Shown here: positions 35,251 through 49,267 of the stretch, piece after piece
How the letters are laid out: every line of letters begins with the position of its first letter
Position numbering within the stretch: the stretch's first letter is position 1
Assembly (NCBI GenBank): GCA_028023455.1
Contig: JAQFVV010000005.1
Span: 9,982,001 to 10,046,000, forward strand
From: Epiperipatus broadwayi
Taxonomy: Eukaryota > Animalia > Onychophora
Length of the DNA stretch: 64,000 nt
Direction: 5' to 3'
The notes under the pieces: model-generated
What the model saw: only the letters and a program-made list of their open reading frames with translations
The model's database searches: none
What the model was told of the DNA's origin: nothing
Position numbers and translations under genes: made by a program

Positions 35251-38075
35251 TTCATACCATCATGATTATTAAAAGTAAATCCATATTGCAAAAATAATTC
35301 AACATATTTTTATTAATTTAGGTGTGCTACAGCCAGTTGCAAAGATTTCACTGTATTGGCATTAGAGTTTTTACTTCTTTTGTCTAAATTTAGCAACTAA
35401 ATAACCAAAATATATTTTTTATAAAATATAAATATTTCTTATAATTTCTCAAATAAATACTGGCTTTAATTTATGAAATTATATTTGTTTCTGCCTAATT
35501 TAAAAGAATGATGTTCACATTTACATAAACATATAGAATTGATGATGAAGAAATATTATTAAAGGGCTTTTATCTTTATTTGCTGCAGTTAAACACGTAT
35601 GTTTCCGAAAAGAAAGAGATATCAGCAATATTTTTAAATTCAAACATTCTAAAACAATATTCAGAGATTTATTAATGTGATACTTACATTTTGAAGATTG
35701 ATAATAAGAAAATATTAAAAATTGTTATTTTCTATCAGGTTGTAATGAAGTCATCATATGATACAACATAAACAAGCACTTCAGAATTATGATTTCCAGT
35801 TAACTTTTTTTTTTTGCATTCATAAACTTTTTACTGTTTCACAATCCTCACATTCAATTATGTAGTTCCATGTGGGGTTTTTTAAACAACTATTTAGTTC
35901 TTATTGCTAAGGACTTTTATCCTTCTAATGGTTTATTGACTAATTGAAGTTTTACTCATGTTTGTCTCAAGTTGTTATTTATTTAACTTTTTATCAACTT
36001 CATAAAGACAGTCAAGCTTATGCATATCTTGAAGCTATCAAAAATTGTTAAAGTTTTGACATAAAGCCATAAATTTTTTTATTATATGATCATTACTTAT
36101 GTCATTTAAGACATTGATTTTAATCAAGTTAACCACTTGTCTTATTAAGAGCTAGCTTATTTATCCTGTTTTGTAAACTTTTACTATTTGTCTGTTTTTT
36201 TATTTGCATAAATTCATTATCCTAAGAACATTTTACAACTTTATATGATTGAGAGAATTGAAAACTTTCTCTTTATCCCAAACTTCATGCAGACTACTTT
36301 TTTTCATAGCATGCTCTGATAAGGATGTCTTTTAGTTTTGGATTTGTGATTCCAGTTTGTATATTTGTCATATACTATATGGCAAAATATTTATAAAAAA
36401 TGTCCTAATGTAACTTAAAATATTCTAATTTTCTTGCATGTGTATTTGTTTGTATTTTAAAGCAAATTTAAAGAAAATATTTTTTCTTAATTTTTTTTTC
36501 CTTTTTATTTTAGATTGGCAGTAAGTTACATCACAGAAACTTCAGTTTGAAACCATCTCTAAGTGCTTGAGGACATTGTAATGATTCATAATGGAAGCCA
36601 TTTCACAAGTAATAACTTATTACTAATAAACCATTAAAATGTATTGCAAGAAGGATATGTCTAACTAAAGGCTAATTGCTAAAAGTCTATCCACCTTAAA
36701 GTTATCAAATGACTATTATCTAGGCTTTATTTTGTCAAAGGAATATATTTATAAATGCACTATTTAAGTAGATAATCAAATCAGTGTTTTTTATTCACAG
36801 AAATAAATATAATTATTTCTATTGGTGGTTGTGTAGTCTTAAAAGAGAAGAAACAATGCTCTAAATTATTATGACCTAACGCAATATTCAAAAATATTGT
36901 TCTTATTAAAGTGTCTTAAGAATCAATTCCAATAAAGATAACATATTCTTTTTTTTTTTTTGGAAATGGATCTTCTAGACTTGAAAATTTTAAATGCTAA
37001 TCTGACTTTAAGTCTTTAAACATATATATAGAAAATAAAATGAGATAATTTTATATAAGAAGTTTAATTTTATACAGCAAAAAACAAATATCACCAGATA
37101 TCTATGATTATAATTGAAATATATGTAATAGTGAAAGATATTGTATTTGACATAGATTGAACTGATGATAGTAATAATTTTTAAAGATTAAAAACAATTT
37201 TAAATATAAAAGCAGACATTTGTGAAGCTATATAATTGATGATAAAGTAAAGTTTTATTTGTTGTGAAAATAATTAATATTTGTGTTAAAGAATTTGTCA
37301 GTCTCAAAAATACTATTTCAAAGTAATATTTATATTTTTCATTAAGTTATAAAAGTATTTTAAATAGTGGTTTGAAATTTTTTACTTAAGAATATATATA
37401 TATTTCTTTCTTCTTCTTTTTTTTAAGTTTCATGTAGTTAAATTAATTTATTTAGACTAGAGTGATTGCAAAATTTTATTCATTGTTGAAATTATTTCAT
37501 AGTAAATACAACTTAAAGAGATCTATTATAATGACATTATGAGTTTAGTTTTGATATGATAATCAATTTATGCTTTATGTGAATAAAAACAGAAATACTG
37601 TTTAATCGTGTATAGTAGAATTTTAAATGATATCATCTTGCTTAGAGAAAACAAGATATAATTTTTTTTTTTATCAAGAAACATTTTCTTGTATTTGTAT
37701 GATTGAAAGATTGCTAAAAAGTATTATCATTAATCTACTAAAAGCAATCACCATTCACCAAGTCCAGATAAGTTTTCTGTATTTTGGTCTAGTCTTCAAT
37801 CACTCATATTTAAATCATTTCTTAAGTTTATCAGTTTCTGGTTTTAGCTTTTACTCCTCATAGAACATGTCACATGTTACATAGTTACATTAATATGAAA
37901 TTAAATCTAGTTCATTTTTTCATACTTTAATTAATTTGCATTTATACCTAAAGCCATGTGTGGAATTTTACAGGTATCCAAATGAGAATTAACTTTATGT
38001 AAAATTTTACCTATAAAAATATTTTCCAGTGCAGCTTGTGTGATTTCAAAGCTATTAACAAGTTAAACTTTAAAA

Positions 38076-39212
38076 ATGCATGAAAGAAAATATGCAGTAG
38101 AAAAATTTTTCCAGTGCCCTTTATGTGATTACAAGACTGTTACAATACATGATTTTAAACTTCATAAATTTGTACATATTAGAGAAAAACCTTTTCAATG
38201 TAATTTTTGTAATTATAAGACTGATAGGAAAAATAATTTAACAATACATGAAAGGGTCCATACAGGAGACAAACCTTTTCAATGCAAATTGTGTGATTAC
38301 AAGGCTGCTGCAAACTTCAGTTTAAAGATGCACATAGCGAAACATACAGGAGAAAAACCTTTTCAGTGCAGATTTTGTAATTACAGGGCTGCTAGTAGAA
38401 TGAGATTAAAAGTTCACGAAGTAATGCATACAGGAGAAAAAACATTCCAATGTTTCATGTGTGATTACAAGACAGCTGTAAAAAAAAGATTACAAGTTCA
38501 TGAAAGTTACCATACAGGTGAACAACCTTTTGAGTGTCATCATTGCGATTATAAGACTGCTGAAAAAAGTTTTCTTAAAGAACATTTGAGAACGCATACA
38601 GGAGATAAACCTTTCCATTGCCCCTTGTGTAATTATAAATGTGCTAGGCAATATAGCTTAAAATTGCATGAAAGAACTCACACGGGCGAAAAGCCATTCC
38701 ATTGTGGTAAATGTGATTTCAAAACTGCTGTGAAAAATAGATTAAAAAAACATGAAAAATTACATGGACAAGTCAAATTTTTTCATTGTATTTTGTGTGA
38801 TTATAAGACTAGTGTAAAAAGTACTTTAAAAATACATGAAAAAAGTCATAAGGGAGAAAGAAACATTTTTATCTGTAGTTTTTATGATTATACGATTGCT
38901 GAGAAAAAAATTTTTAAATTTCATGAACAAACTTATATGGAAAGAAAACTTTTTTTTTGTAGTTTATGTAATTACAAAGAAGGTTCTCAAAATACATTTA
39001 TAAGAGTTAAGAAATGTTCTCACATGAAACATTCTCAAAAGCTTGATGAAAATAAAGACAAAGTAAAATATACTGAGAACTATCATAATACTAAAGTGTT
39101 CAAGTGTCATTTGTGTGATTATAAAGATTTTACAAAATGTGTTATAGAAGATCATGAAGCTAGTCATTTTACTGGCCAGGAAACTATTGAGATTATTTTA
39201 AAATTAATATAA
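38076..39212 (+). CDS. Tandem C2H2 zinc-finger protein (10 canonical and 2 degenerate fingers, TGEKPF-type linkers)
   Basis: 378-aa ORF with nine consecutive CxxCDYK...HxxxH fingers, two degenerate fingers and one terminal finger. No KRAB/ZAD/BTB domain seen. A further finger just upstream (38030-38075) is out of frame. Confidence 0.9.
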   Translation: MHERKYAVEKFFQCPLCDYKTVTIHDFKLHKFVHIREKPFQCNFCNYKTDRKNNLTIHERVHTGDKPFQCKLCDYKAAANFSLKMHIAKHTGEKPFQCRFCNYRAASRMRLKVHEVMHTGEKTFQCFMCDYKTAVKKRLQVHESYHTGEQPFECHHCDYKTAEKSFLKEHLRTHTGDKPFHCPLCNYKCARQYSLKLHERTHTGEKPFHCGKCDFKTAVKNRLKKHEKLHGQVKFFHCILCDYKTSVKSTLKIHEKSHKGERNIFICSFYDYTIAEKKIFKFHEQTYMERKLFFCSLCNYKEGSQNTFIRVKKCSHMKHSQKLDENKDKVKYTENYHNTKVFKCHLCDYKDFTKCVIEDHEASHFTGQETIEIILKLI

Positions 39213-42200
39213 TAATTTAATTTTGATAAAGTTAATTCAAATTAGTCAAAATTTATTTACAGAAGAATAAACCTGTTTTGTTGATCATTAATCCTTCTTT
39301 TAAAAATAATTATGACTAAAAAACTCATGGCTACTTGACCTGACTTTATGATATAACTATCTCTATGATAGTTAGCATTGCCATCTATTGCATGCTTGAA
39401 TAATTCTTATGATACTTGATAATAGTTTTTTTGATTCTGCATCTGTATTACGCTAGTCATATTTTTAGACTTCTGAAAAGCTGTATAAGTTATGGTCATG
39501 TGCTGTTTTGATTTTAAAGTCGATCAGGTTAAAATGTGACAAGGACAAGACCTATAAATGATTAGGACATGTAGAATAGTTATTATTAAAGCTTATAAAA
39601 ATACAAACAATGCATTTATAATTTTAAGATTTTTCTATTGTCTCTTGCTTGAAATTGATTCTCAATGTTTACAGTATTGTAATTACAACACGTATATAGG
39701 TAATTAAAAATTAATACTAAGATATTGTAGATCAGTTTTAATTAATACATATTAGACTTTTCTTTTTATTACTATTAGTAAAAACTAATCATGCTCAATA
39801 AAGTGAAATATTAATTTTAAAGAAAATATTATTTTTTTAAAATAATTAAACTGAATAGTTCTTTATAGTTAGAAAATATAATAGAATCCCCTGTGTTTTT
39901 ATAGAGATGTTAGAAATTAGTGCTTTATTACAAAAATATTTGAAGCACAACTGTTAAATATATGTTATACTGGAATCACTGTAAACATCAAGCCTGAGTT
40001 GGTGCGGCAAATTATTGTATCAATAAGTGGTTTAAATAACCAGCTCATTACTGGTCATCAAATTATTGTAATGGTGTAGTACGGAATCTGGGTAAAGAGT
40101 TCGCCTACAGTAAATTTGGGTGATGGCCAGTCATCATCATCATCCCACAGTTAGGTAGCCAAATTATTGCAATAGTTTAGAATAACAGTAACTATCAGGC
40201 AATTAGTGTTATACCATAATCTTAGCATCTATACACAAATACCTAAATAACTAACTGTTTGTGTTTTATTATTCGGAATGGGGTGATTAATATCCATCCC
40301 TTGCAACATCACCCAATTCTCATCCCTATAAGATGGACTTATGGGTCTTAGAGTCACTTTGCCTATGATGGGAGTTAACTACTAGGCTAGCTCATAGAAA
40401 AAAAAAGTCATATGCACTGTTATTCTGTGCATATTTGCCCTGGTATATAAATAATTGCTGGTGATAATATCACTCCCATTTGACTTCAAAGGCCCAAAAA
40501 AGAACTAGACTCTAAAGACCTATTCAGCCACTAGGGGTTGTTATATACACCATATATATCTCTCTATGATCAAGATTTTACATATCGTAACCAAAATTAC
40601 CTTTTCATATTTTTACTATGGTTCATAATGTATTTTTATCTGATGATGACTTGTGAGCAACATTTATAAGAAGTTTTGTAATTGATAAATAAACACATAT
40701 AAGCAGTTTAATTTCAACATCTGATTCATGTTTTATTCCAACATTACAAAATAATGTGTACATTCCCAAAATAATTAATTAAGATAAAATTAATTATAGA
40801 AGTACTAAAAACATTTAATGATTAATAATAGTTAGAAAAAAAAATGGCAAGAATTACACATCTTTTAATTATGGTATTTAAATGCTATTTCACCTAGCTA
40901 AATAATTTAGTCTCTTGTGACATTCATTTCATTAATAAACAAAATCAAAAAAATGCATATTTTGTCAGTAATATTGTAATGTAATTATTCCCTAATTAAT
41001 TTGTCTCCATTCATAGATCTGCCCAATTTCTACATTTACTAAATCAATACTAAAAGAAAAAAAAATAATCTCTCATTTAGTTATTATTATCATTGCATAC
41101 CCCCTTTATCATCTCTATTTTAGACTTGTCCACTATTGCCATGCATCTATGTACATACATAAATCGTCTAGGGTTTAAACTTTTCCCAAAAAATGTTTAC
41201 ATGAATATTTCAATCAAAAAAAAAAAAAAAGAATGTCTATTTTAAAATAAACTATATCAAAATACATCAACAAATGTGTGTACAAGTAAATATATATAAG
41301 ATTGATAAACAATTGAAATAAAGTAGTAAAAAAAAAAATAGCATGATAATAACATAATATTTAGCAATAACAAAAGTCTTAATTGCTAAGACTTATTTTA
41401 ATATTGGAGGAGAGAGAGGATTGGAAAAAATGAAATGTCAATAGTTAATAAAATTTGGTTGTATATTACCAATTTCTTGAGTTCCTGCATTTATGAAGTA
41501 CTATTAATCAGCTTTTAAACATGCACTATGGATACATATATGTGTAGATGACACATTAATTATCACACATGAGCTTTCTTGATAATAATCACAGAGATAA
41601 AGAACACAGAACATCCTTTTAAGGCACTCACTGATTATTGCAGGCAAATCTTTTTCAAATTAGCTTCGTTACTATTTTCAAAATTATTGTTAAGACTATA
41701 GCAAATTTATGGTATAAATATAAACTATTGTTGTCTAAACTTATTCACAGATAATCCTGAATTCGAATCAGAGTAAGTTTTCTTCTTGCTTTTCCCTTCA
41801 TCTGATATTTACTTTCCCAAAGTGGATGGAGGCATGAGGCATTGCAGAGACTGTACTCATCACTTCTTACATGATCAGCCCTGGATGCGTTTTTCTGATC
41901 TCCTATTTCCAGTGGGATGGCTTCCAAAGCTCTTCAAACAAAGCAATCTAGAATTCTGCATTGCATATTTTTTAAAATTTCCACAATAAAATAGTTCAAA
42001 TGTGTTGGTGATACCAGTCCAAGAAAAAAACAGTAATAATGCTCTTGCTGGTATTCATTCATTTTATTTTATTGACATCACTAGTTTCTTAATTACATTA
42101 GTGTCTTGATGTTAATGTGTGATTGAAGGTATTTGCTAACCACTTGGATGGTTTGAAATGTTTTTATCTTGTAACTGTCAACTTATGATTAATTAATAGC

Positions 42201-45200
42201 TGAGTTCAAACTAGCTTGGTGATCAAATACAATCATTAGCAGTCTCTTTGATTTTACACATTTGCTAATGAATTCGTCTTTTTCTTTCTAGAATATTAAC
42301 ATACAAAAATAGAAATAATATATAAATTACAAAACAACAACTGTATTACATAGAATTAAAACTTGAAATATTAATTAGAAGGCATTTAAGATAGATTATC
42401 CACACACGCACATAGGCCCACACACATAGCCAGAAGTTAATTCCTAATATTAAAGCGGTCGGATCTAAGTTCGATCCTAGCTTCATGATATCTCACCTGT
42501 AGCCTACTTCAAACCCTAGTACTAACCATGAATTTCCAAATGCAATGGAGCTTTATACGTTCAATACATGCTAGTTTCATTAAAAAACAGTATTATATAA
42601 ATGTGTTAAAACCAACTACTTTAATATTTAAACTAATCAATATCATTAATAACTTCATGATAAAATTATTCATGAAAACATATATATTATAACTGTGTGG
42701 GTTGTGCGTATGTATTTATAAATAATTAAATATATATATTCGTTATAAAGTTTCATTGCATTGGAATGTTTTATTTTACTTATTCCAGTTTGTTCAAATT
42801 TCTGTGATTAAAAGCTACATTCTTTCGATAAGCTTTCAGATTGCCCGCTCCCAAAGACAATGGGGAAAGTTTTATTAATTAGCAAAAAGATAATAATTTA
42901 AAATGTAAGAACAGTTCCTAATTAAAATTGTTTTTCTGATTTCCAAATTTATTTTCTAATTAGAAAATAAATTCAAAGTTAATGAGTTTGAAAGCCTTAT
43001 CAAAGGAATGTATCTAAAATCAATTAGCAAAATTTGTAACTTTGATAATGCAAGAAGCTTTAGCCTGAAGGCATCAAGAGTTGGTATAGGCAGGAAACCA
43101 GAGAACAGGTATAAATAGCCTGGAAAAGTTTCGAGAGAGAGAAGCCATATTTGTTTAAGAGAACTCGTTACTAGAAGCTACGCACGTTTAAATTATGAAT
43201 CTTTATAGTGTCTCCATCCTGGTGAGGGGCTAACTTCAGGAATCTGATTGCTGGGACCGAAGTCCCAGAAAATCTTCAATGAAGCTGCAAATTTAAACTT
43301 TTCCACACCAAGCGTGTTGCCAAAACCTGAAAGAATCAATCCAAATGCTATTCGTATAAGTGAAAATGCACGCCTATGTTTCAACCCAATCGGACTCTGC
43401 CATGTAAACTAAGGAACCAACCATGAAGGAATGGTAATATCTTTCTTTAATGAACCGCAACTTTCTGGCCAGCTTCCAAACTTTATTTTACACCACCTTT
43501 TAAAATTAATTACTGTTAAATCTCCTTCTTGCTTTATAATGTCTTTATTTGTATAAGTAATTCTCTATCTCTGTTTTTAGTCTTTAAATTTAATATTTGT
43601 TAACTTTCCTTTCTTATGATAGCAATTCGTTTCACTAATCGTATTATATTTATTGAATGATTATTAATATCATTTATTTTTGATTATATGCCAGTAATAC
43701 TTCAATTCAATAATAATCTCTTTCGTTACATTTACCTCATGAAAATAATATAGTATTAAGTTGTAGTAACTCTTTCCCACTAGAACTAATTTAATACAGT
43801 TCTATTAATTATCGAGTTGAAGGACTTATTAAATGTTTGCTATTTTTACTAATGGCTGATAATGACTATTAGCCATTTCTAACCTATGCCCCTGGCTATT
43901 TTATTGAGTTTTACCAATATTTATTTATTCATATTAATAATGTTAAAATGTTTTGCAAAAAGGTCGATAAGGGAATTAATGTCAATACAGTCTTATTTAA
44001 ACTTTATACTTTATATTAGTATTCAGGTAGGGCATGATATTTAGGGTATAATTAGCATAATTTTTATAATTGCCTTAAGTACTTTTAGTTAAAGCTTGTT
44101 TGACTTTAATTCAATGTGATCAGGTCATTATGTAGAGCATCCCTTATATAAATTGGGTTTTATTACTTAAACACGATGATTATTAAGTCATCATTTTCCG
44201 ACCGTTGCTGATGCAAGCCATCTCCTGCTTCGTAGGCTTGTCATCAGTGATATTATTGTTACTTTAATTATCTAGGAAGAAACTACTTCCTCACTTGATC
44301 ACCATTATATTGGAACACCAAAGGTCCATGGCTATGACCCGGCCTGGCTTTCCCTGTATTCCATGGATCCTTCATAGGGCATCAAAGACTTGTAAAATAC
44401 AAGCCACCCTTCTATTTTCTCAAATCACTGACAAGCCATTATTTTCGTATTTATTCTTAATGCTCATAAGTTATCAGTACCGTTATTTCTCAGTTCAAAT
44501 AAAGCCCGCTTCTCATGCTCGTAAATCGTAATGAATTGATTTTATTAAAGTCAAACAATTTCATATTCATTTATCATTAAATAAGTTTTTTGTTAAACAG
44601 TAAAGTTTTGCCCTAAATATTTATCATGCTTTTCATGAGTTAATTGACGAATGTGAAAATGAATCTCACATTCTTTCTTTTAAAATTGGAATAATAATTT
44701 TTGTCAAAGCCAAATACCTTTATCTACCTTTATTTACTTGTCGGGGCATAGACATATATAATCCTCCTATAAATGCGTATTGATGATTGGCATATAATAA
44801 CGACTGCCATTCTTATTATAAATTATAACTCCCATTCTTAAAGACTAGAGGTAATCTATATAATCTTAATCACAATGGTTGAACAAAATATTTATTCTTA
44901 TTAAACATTTTATTAACACATTTGGTTTTTAACTTTCTTTATTATTCAATAATTATTTTAATATTAATGCTCACTGTCTGTATTGGCAACCTGAACATAC
45001 ATATATGAATTGATTTATAAATATCCTTAGTTATTTTATTATATTTATTATACGTTATTAGAGTCAGATCAGGGGTCTCAAATCATCATCATCCATTGAG
45101 CTAGTTTCTTGGCGCATAGTCATGTACTGTCGACATATGTCATCCATTGATTGATCTGTGCTCGTGAGTTGGGTTTGAATTCAGTTTGGTCTGTGGTTGA

Positions 45201-47389
45201 ATCTCTTTTGGTTCGACTGAGTTTGAATCCGACTTTGCGGGATGGGTCGTGTTATTGGGTGGCATCTTTTGACTGGTACAATATATAGCTAAAATTAGCA
45301 AAAATCTTTTACTTCATCCCAGTTCATTTTATTTTCTGTATTCTATCAGTGATTTTCAATCAAAAATATAGATAGCCGAATAAAACCAACACACAAATTT
45401 TTTTTTGGAATAATTGGGTCTTCCTTTACAATATATTTATATATAAGTAAGTAAGAAAATAAGACCAATTTTAATAGCTTACTATAGTGAAAAATTTCTT
45501 CCAAGAGTAACCCAAACAAAAACAGTGAAAAAAATGTTATATGATCTTTAAATAGCTTATTGCGGACAAAAACATCCGCACAGTGCTCCAATAAAAAGGA
45601 ATACCAATGACCATGTGGTGAGTAGTTGTCCAGACTTCTTTTACTCTCTAAGAATTACCACTTACTCCCTTATTATTTCATTTTAGATTGTTAGCTATTA
45701 GGACTAGGTATCTATCTGAAAGAACAATACTATCCTAGTTGGAATAGATAAAAAAATCCAAATTTTATCTGGACCTATTTTGAGCTTAAGTATTTTGTAT
45801 GTTGAATAGTGTTATTCTGAAACCTTTTTTTTTTTTTGTGCTTGCAATTTTTTTTTTATTATTCAGAAATTTTATGAATGTAAATAAGATAAATTATTTA
45901 GAATGATAAAAATTGAAAAAACATTCCTATAATTATTGCTTTAAAGAGATTTTTTTTTTTTTGAAAAATTAAATTTATAGAATATTACTGGTATTAGAAT
46001 AAAATTAAGTGGAATTAATTTATTAGTGAATGTTTTTTGCATAAAAAAAATTAATTAGAGAAAACATGGAAATTTTTTTAATTTATTACTTTAAAAATGT
46101 GATATATTTAGACAGTCATAAAAGTGATGATATTGGACTAATTATTGTCATTGTTTTTATGTAAATACTAGTTTTGAGGATAAATGCTTGGTGTAGAATT
46201 GCAAACTTTTTGCTTTTATATTTTGTGCATATTTCAGAATCGGTAAAAAACTAATCAAATTTTTAAGCAGTAAATACATTTATTTTATGTAAATTATAAT
46301 CAGTACTACATATGATTGTTACAATATAATTGTTGATTTTCTAGTAATTACATTAGAAGTTTATTATCTGTTTTTCTTTTGTATTGAGAATAATTGTTTA
46401 ATGTAGAATTGCAAACTTGGTTTTATATTAATAGATTTGGATAAATATTCCTTGACATGATTTTTTAAGAAACTTTTTCATAAATGAATTTGCTATGCAA
46501 ATTATAGTTCTTGTTTATATTTTATTATGGCAACCTTTTAAGTATTTCATATATTGATTACAAAATAATGATACTCAATCTGCATACATGTATACATATG
46601 TGCACACACACAAAAATTTTGTTTATGCCTTTGAAAATTCTAATTGTGCACATTATCACTAATCATTTAGTGATGCCTTAAGCTAAAATATTTATGATTA
46701 ATCATGTGTGAAGCATACCTTGAAATCATGTAAACTGTCTCATAATTAGTGGTAACATCAGAAATAATTTGTATACAATATTCTACAAATCCTTTGCATA
46801 ATTGCTGACATAATTTGGTTTCATTTATATAGTATATCAAAATATTTTATATTAATAGTTTCAAGCAGTTTGTCATGAAACTGTAAATTATTCTTAATTA
46901 ATTAGAATAGTTTACTTTGTTCAGAAAGTAATCATTCATCAGGTCAGCCTTATATAAAGCAACCCTATGATAGAATTATCACTTGCCAGTTATGCATTCA
47001 TTATGAAAGAAGTTTTATTTGCTGTATCCTTTTATCAAATCCTGGTCATTGGATGCCATCTTAATTCAAGAAGTTATATCTAGTGTCATCTAAATTCATA
47101 ATGTTTAGAACCATTTTATATTTGATTTCTTTATCCCATTCTCAAACCTGTATGATGTTTAAAATTATTCTATTCAATAGATATTAATCAAATAATAATA
47201 ATAATAATAATAATTCTTTACAACAGCTATATAATGAAATAATAATTTTATACATAAAAAGCTTTATAAAAGAATGAATGTAATATTGTTTAACATATTG
47301 TTATGATATAATCAATTGTTTTGTAATTATTGAATTCATATATGAGGGTTTTGATTTGTTTTAATTATTTATATTATTATTGTTTGTTT

Positions 47390-47850
47390 TAATTCCATTA
47401 TTGGACACTGGATGGTTTTATGTCAGGGGATCTTTAGCAACAAGGGAATGTACACGTAAATGGAAAAATATGGGTGATTTAGTCTGCAAGTTGTGTAAGG
47501 AAGGCATAGAAAATATTAGGCATCTGTTACTTCAATGTAAATGCTTGGAAGCAGAAAGGATACAAATAATGAAGTTATGGATGATTAAATATGAACAAAG
47601 TGATTATACAGAAAGTGAGTTATTGGTTTTTATGCTAGGTTTGGGAAAAGATAAGGGAGATTTAGATATGAAGGTCATGGAGTTGACAAAGATTATGTTG
47701 TGGAAATGGGATGGAGCAGATTATGGGAAAACTTAGGGTGGAGAATTGAAAGGGAAAGTAAAGTGGCGAACAGGTTTTTCTGGGCATAGTTGCTGAGAGA
47801 TTCCTGACTCCATATAAGGAAAAGTCATAGTGCATCACATCACATAACAT
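47390..47850 (+). mobile_element. 5'-truncated 3' end of the same LINE family as 20673-27910
   Basis: GSLATRECTRKW...CKLCKEGIENIRHLLLQC, followed by a 3' UTR matching 27750-27895 (GCTGAGAGATTCCTGACTCC...CATAGTGCATC(A/G)CATC). Confidence 0.85.
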
Positions 47851-48876
47851 TAAATGAGTAGTAACATTTGAAAAGAGCACCAAATCAGGTGTTGAAAAAA
47901 GCTTTTTATGTATAAAATTGTTATTTGATTTTATAGCTATTATTATTATTATTATTATTATTTTTGATTATTATTTTGTGGAAGAGCAGCATAATGATTT
48001 TATTCCCTTCCAATTTTGATGTCAATAGATATTTTATTACTTTAGCTATAATTTATGTGTAACTTTAACTAATTATACATACAGGCATTTTTATTGTTCT
48101 CCTAGTTTTATTATATTACTATTATTTTTTTCATTAATTGTTTGCCATTTAACCTATTATTTACAATATCTACCCCAAAGTTATTTTCTCACTGGAAACT
48201 ATAATTGTTTATCACTATTTCTTTTTATGAATTTTATTGTATATAATTTTTTTTTTGTTATTTTTAAAGAAAACTATTCTTAAGTATTAAATTGTATAAA
48301 ATTATAATTCATATTTTTTTTCATGAGTATGTGTTGTTTATTCATTATGCTTTTTGTTTTATTACAAGGTGAATAGCTCTGGCTGTTTTATTTATTGTGA
48401 TCATGTATTAAATTGAATGTTTAGATTTATAGTATATCTGTTTACATATTTGATATGCAGATATATTAGTCATTACAAATATGTAAGTCTTATTCTCTGT
48501 TAATTGTAATATGTCAATAGTTTAATAAAATGTAACTTTTTTTAATCATTTGTGGCTTTTTTTATGAGTGTATTCTAAGTTTACATTCCTAAAATATAAA
48601 TTTATTAATTTGTAAATGTGTTAGATTTATTATTAAAATAATGCACTTGCTAGTATATTCTCATAAAATTTTGGAAAATAATAACTGTAATCTTAGATGT
48701 TTCTAATGATATCAGTGTTGAACTTTCAGGCAAGTGCCACTGATGGATTAACTGATATTTACATTATGCTCCGTAAAAATAAATATTCAAATGAACACAT
48801 TTATATAAGTGAAATAAATGGGGTATAGTAATATTAGTAAGAAAAAGGTATAAAAACTAATTGATTGAAACTTTTT

Positions 48877-49267
48877 AGGATACTTACATATTAGTCCAGT
48901 GGTGAAATTTTATTCTTCATTAAAATCATTATGATTATCTATGTTAAATATTTTATAGTATTTAATTAAGTAAGTAAATTTAATTTTCAAAGATAAGTTC
49001 TTAAAGGTCTCTAGAGTATTTTTATATCTACTACACATTCTTTATTAACTTCTAGCTACCACTAATCTACTTATGCTTTAAAGACAGCCATCTTTTGCCA
49101 TTCAGAAAATGAAGTTATTTACAAATTTGTTAAAAATGATTTTTTAAATCGTTGAAAGATAAATTTATCCAATAAAATAAAATGTATTATCAAATATTTA
49201 GCAATCATAAATAATCATAAGTAATGCAGATTAAAATTTCATCACTGGACTAATACATAAGTACCCT
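48877..49267. mobile_element. MITE-like element with ~35-bp imperfect TIRs
   Basis: TACTTACATATTAGTCCAGTGGTGAAATTTTA versus TAAAATTTCATCACTGGACTAATACATAAGTA; TSD not resolved. Confidence 0.65.

Noticed and set aside
40072-40145. A/B-box-like segment with (CAT)n tail; similar faint tRNA-like pieces near 31610-31675 and 42455-42480
   Set aside because: Too decayed and single-copy within the window to support a SINE call.
41745-41989. Overlapping 60-67 aa ORFs on both strands
   Set aside because: No recognisable motif, and no splice arrangement gave an open exon.
44207-44248. CTGATGA on the minus strand as a hammerhead
   Set aside because: It is base-paired within a simple hairpin and GAAA is not adjacent to the stem.
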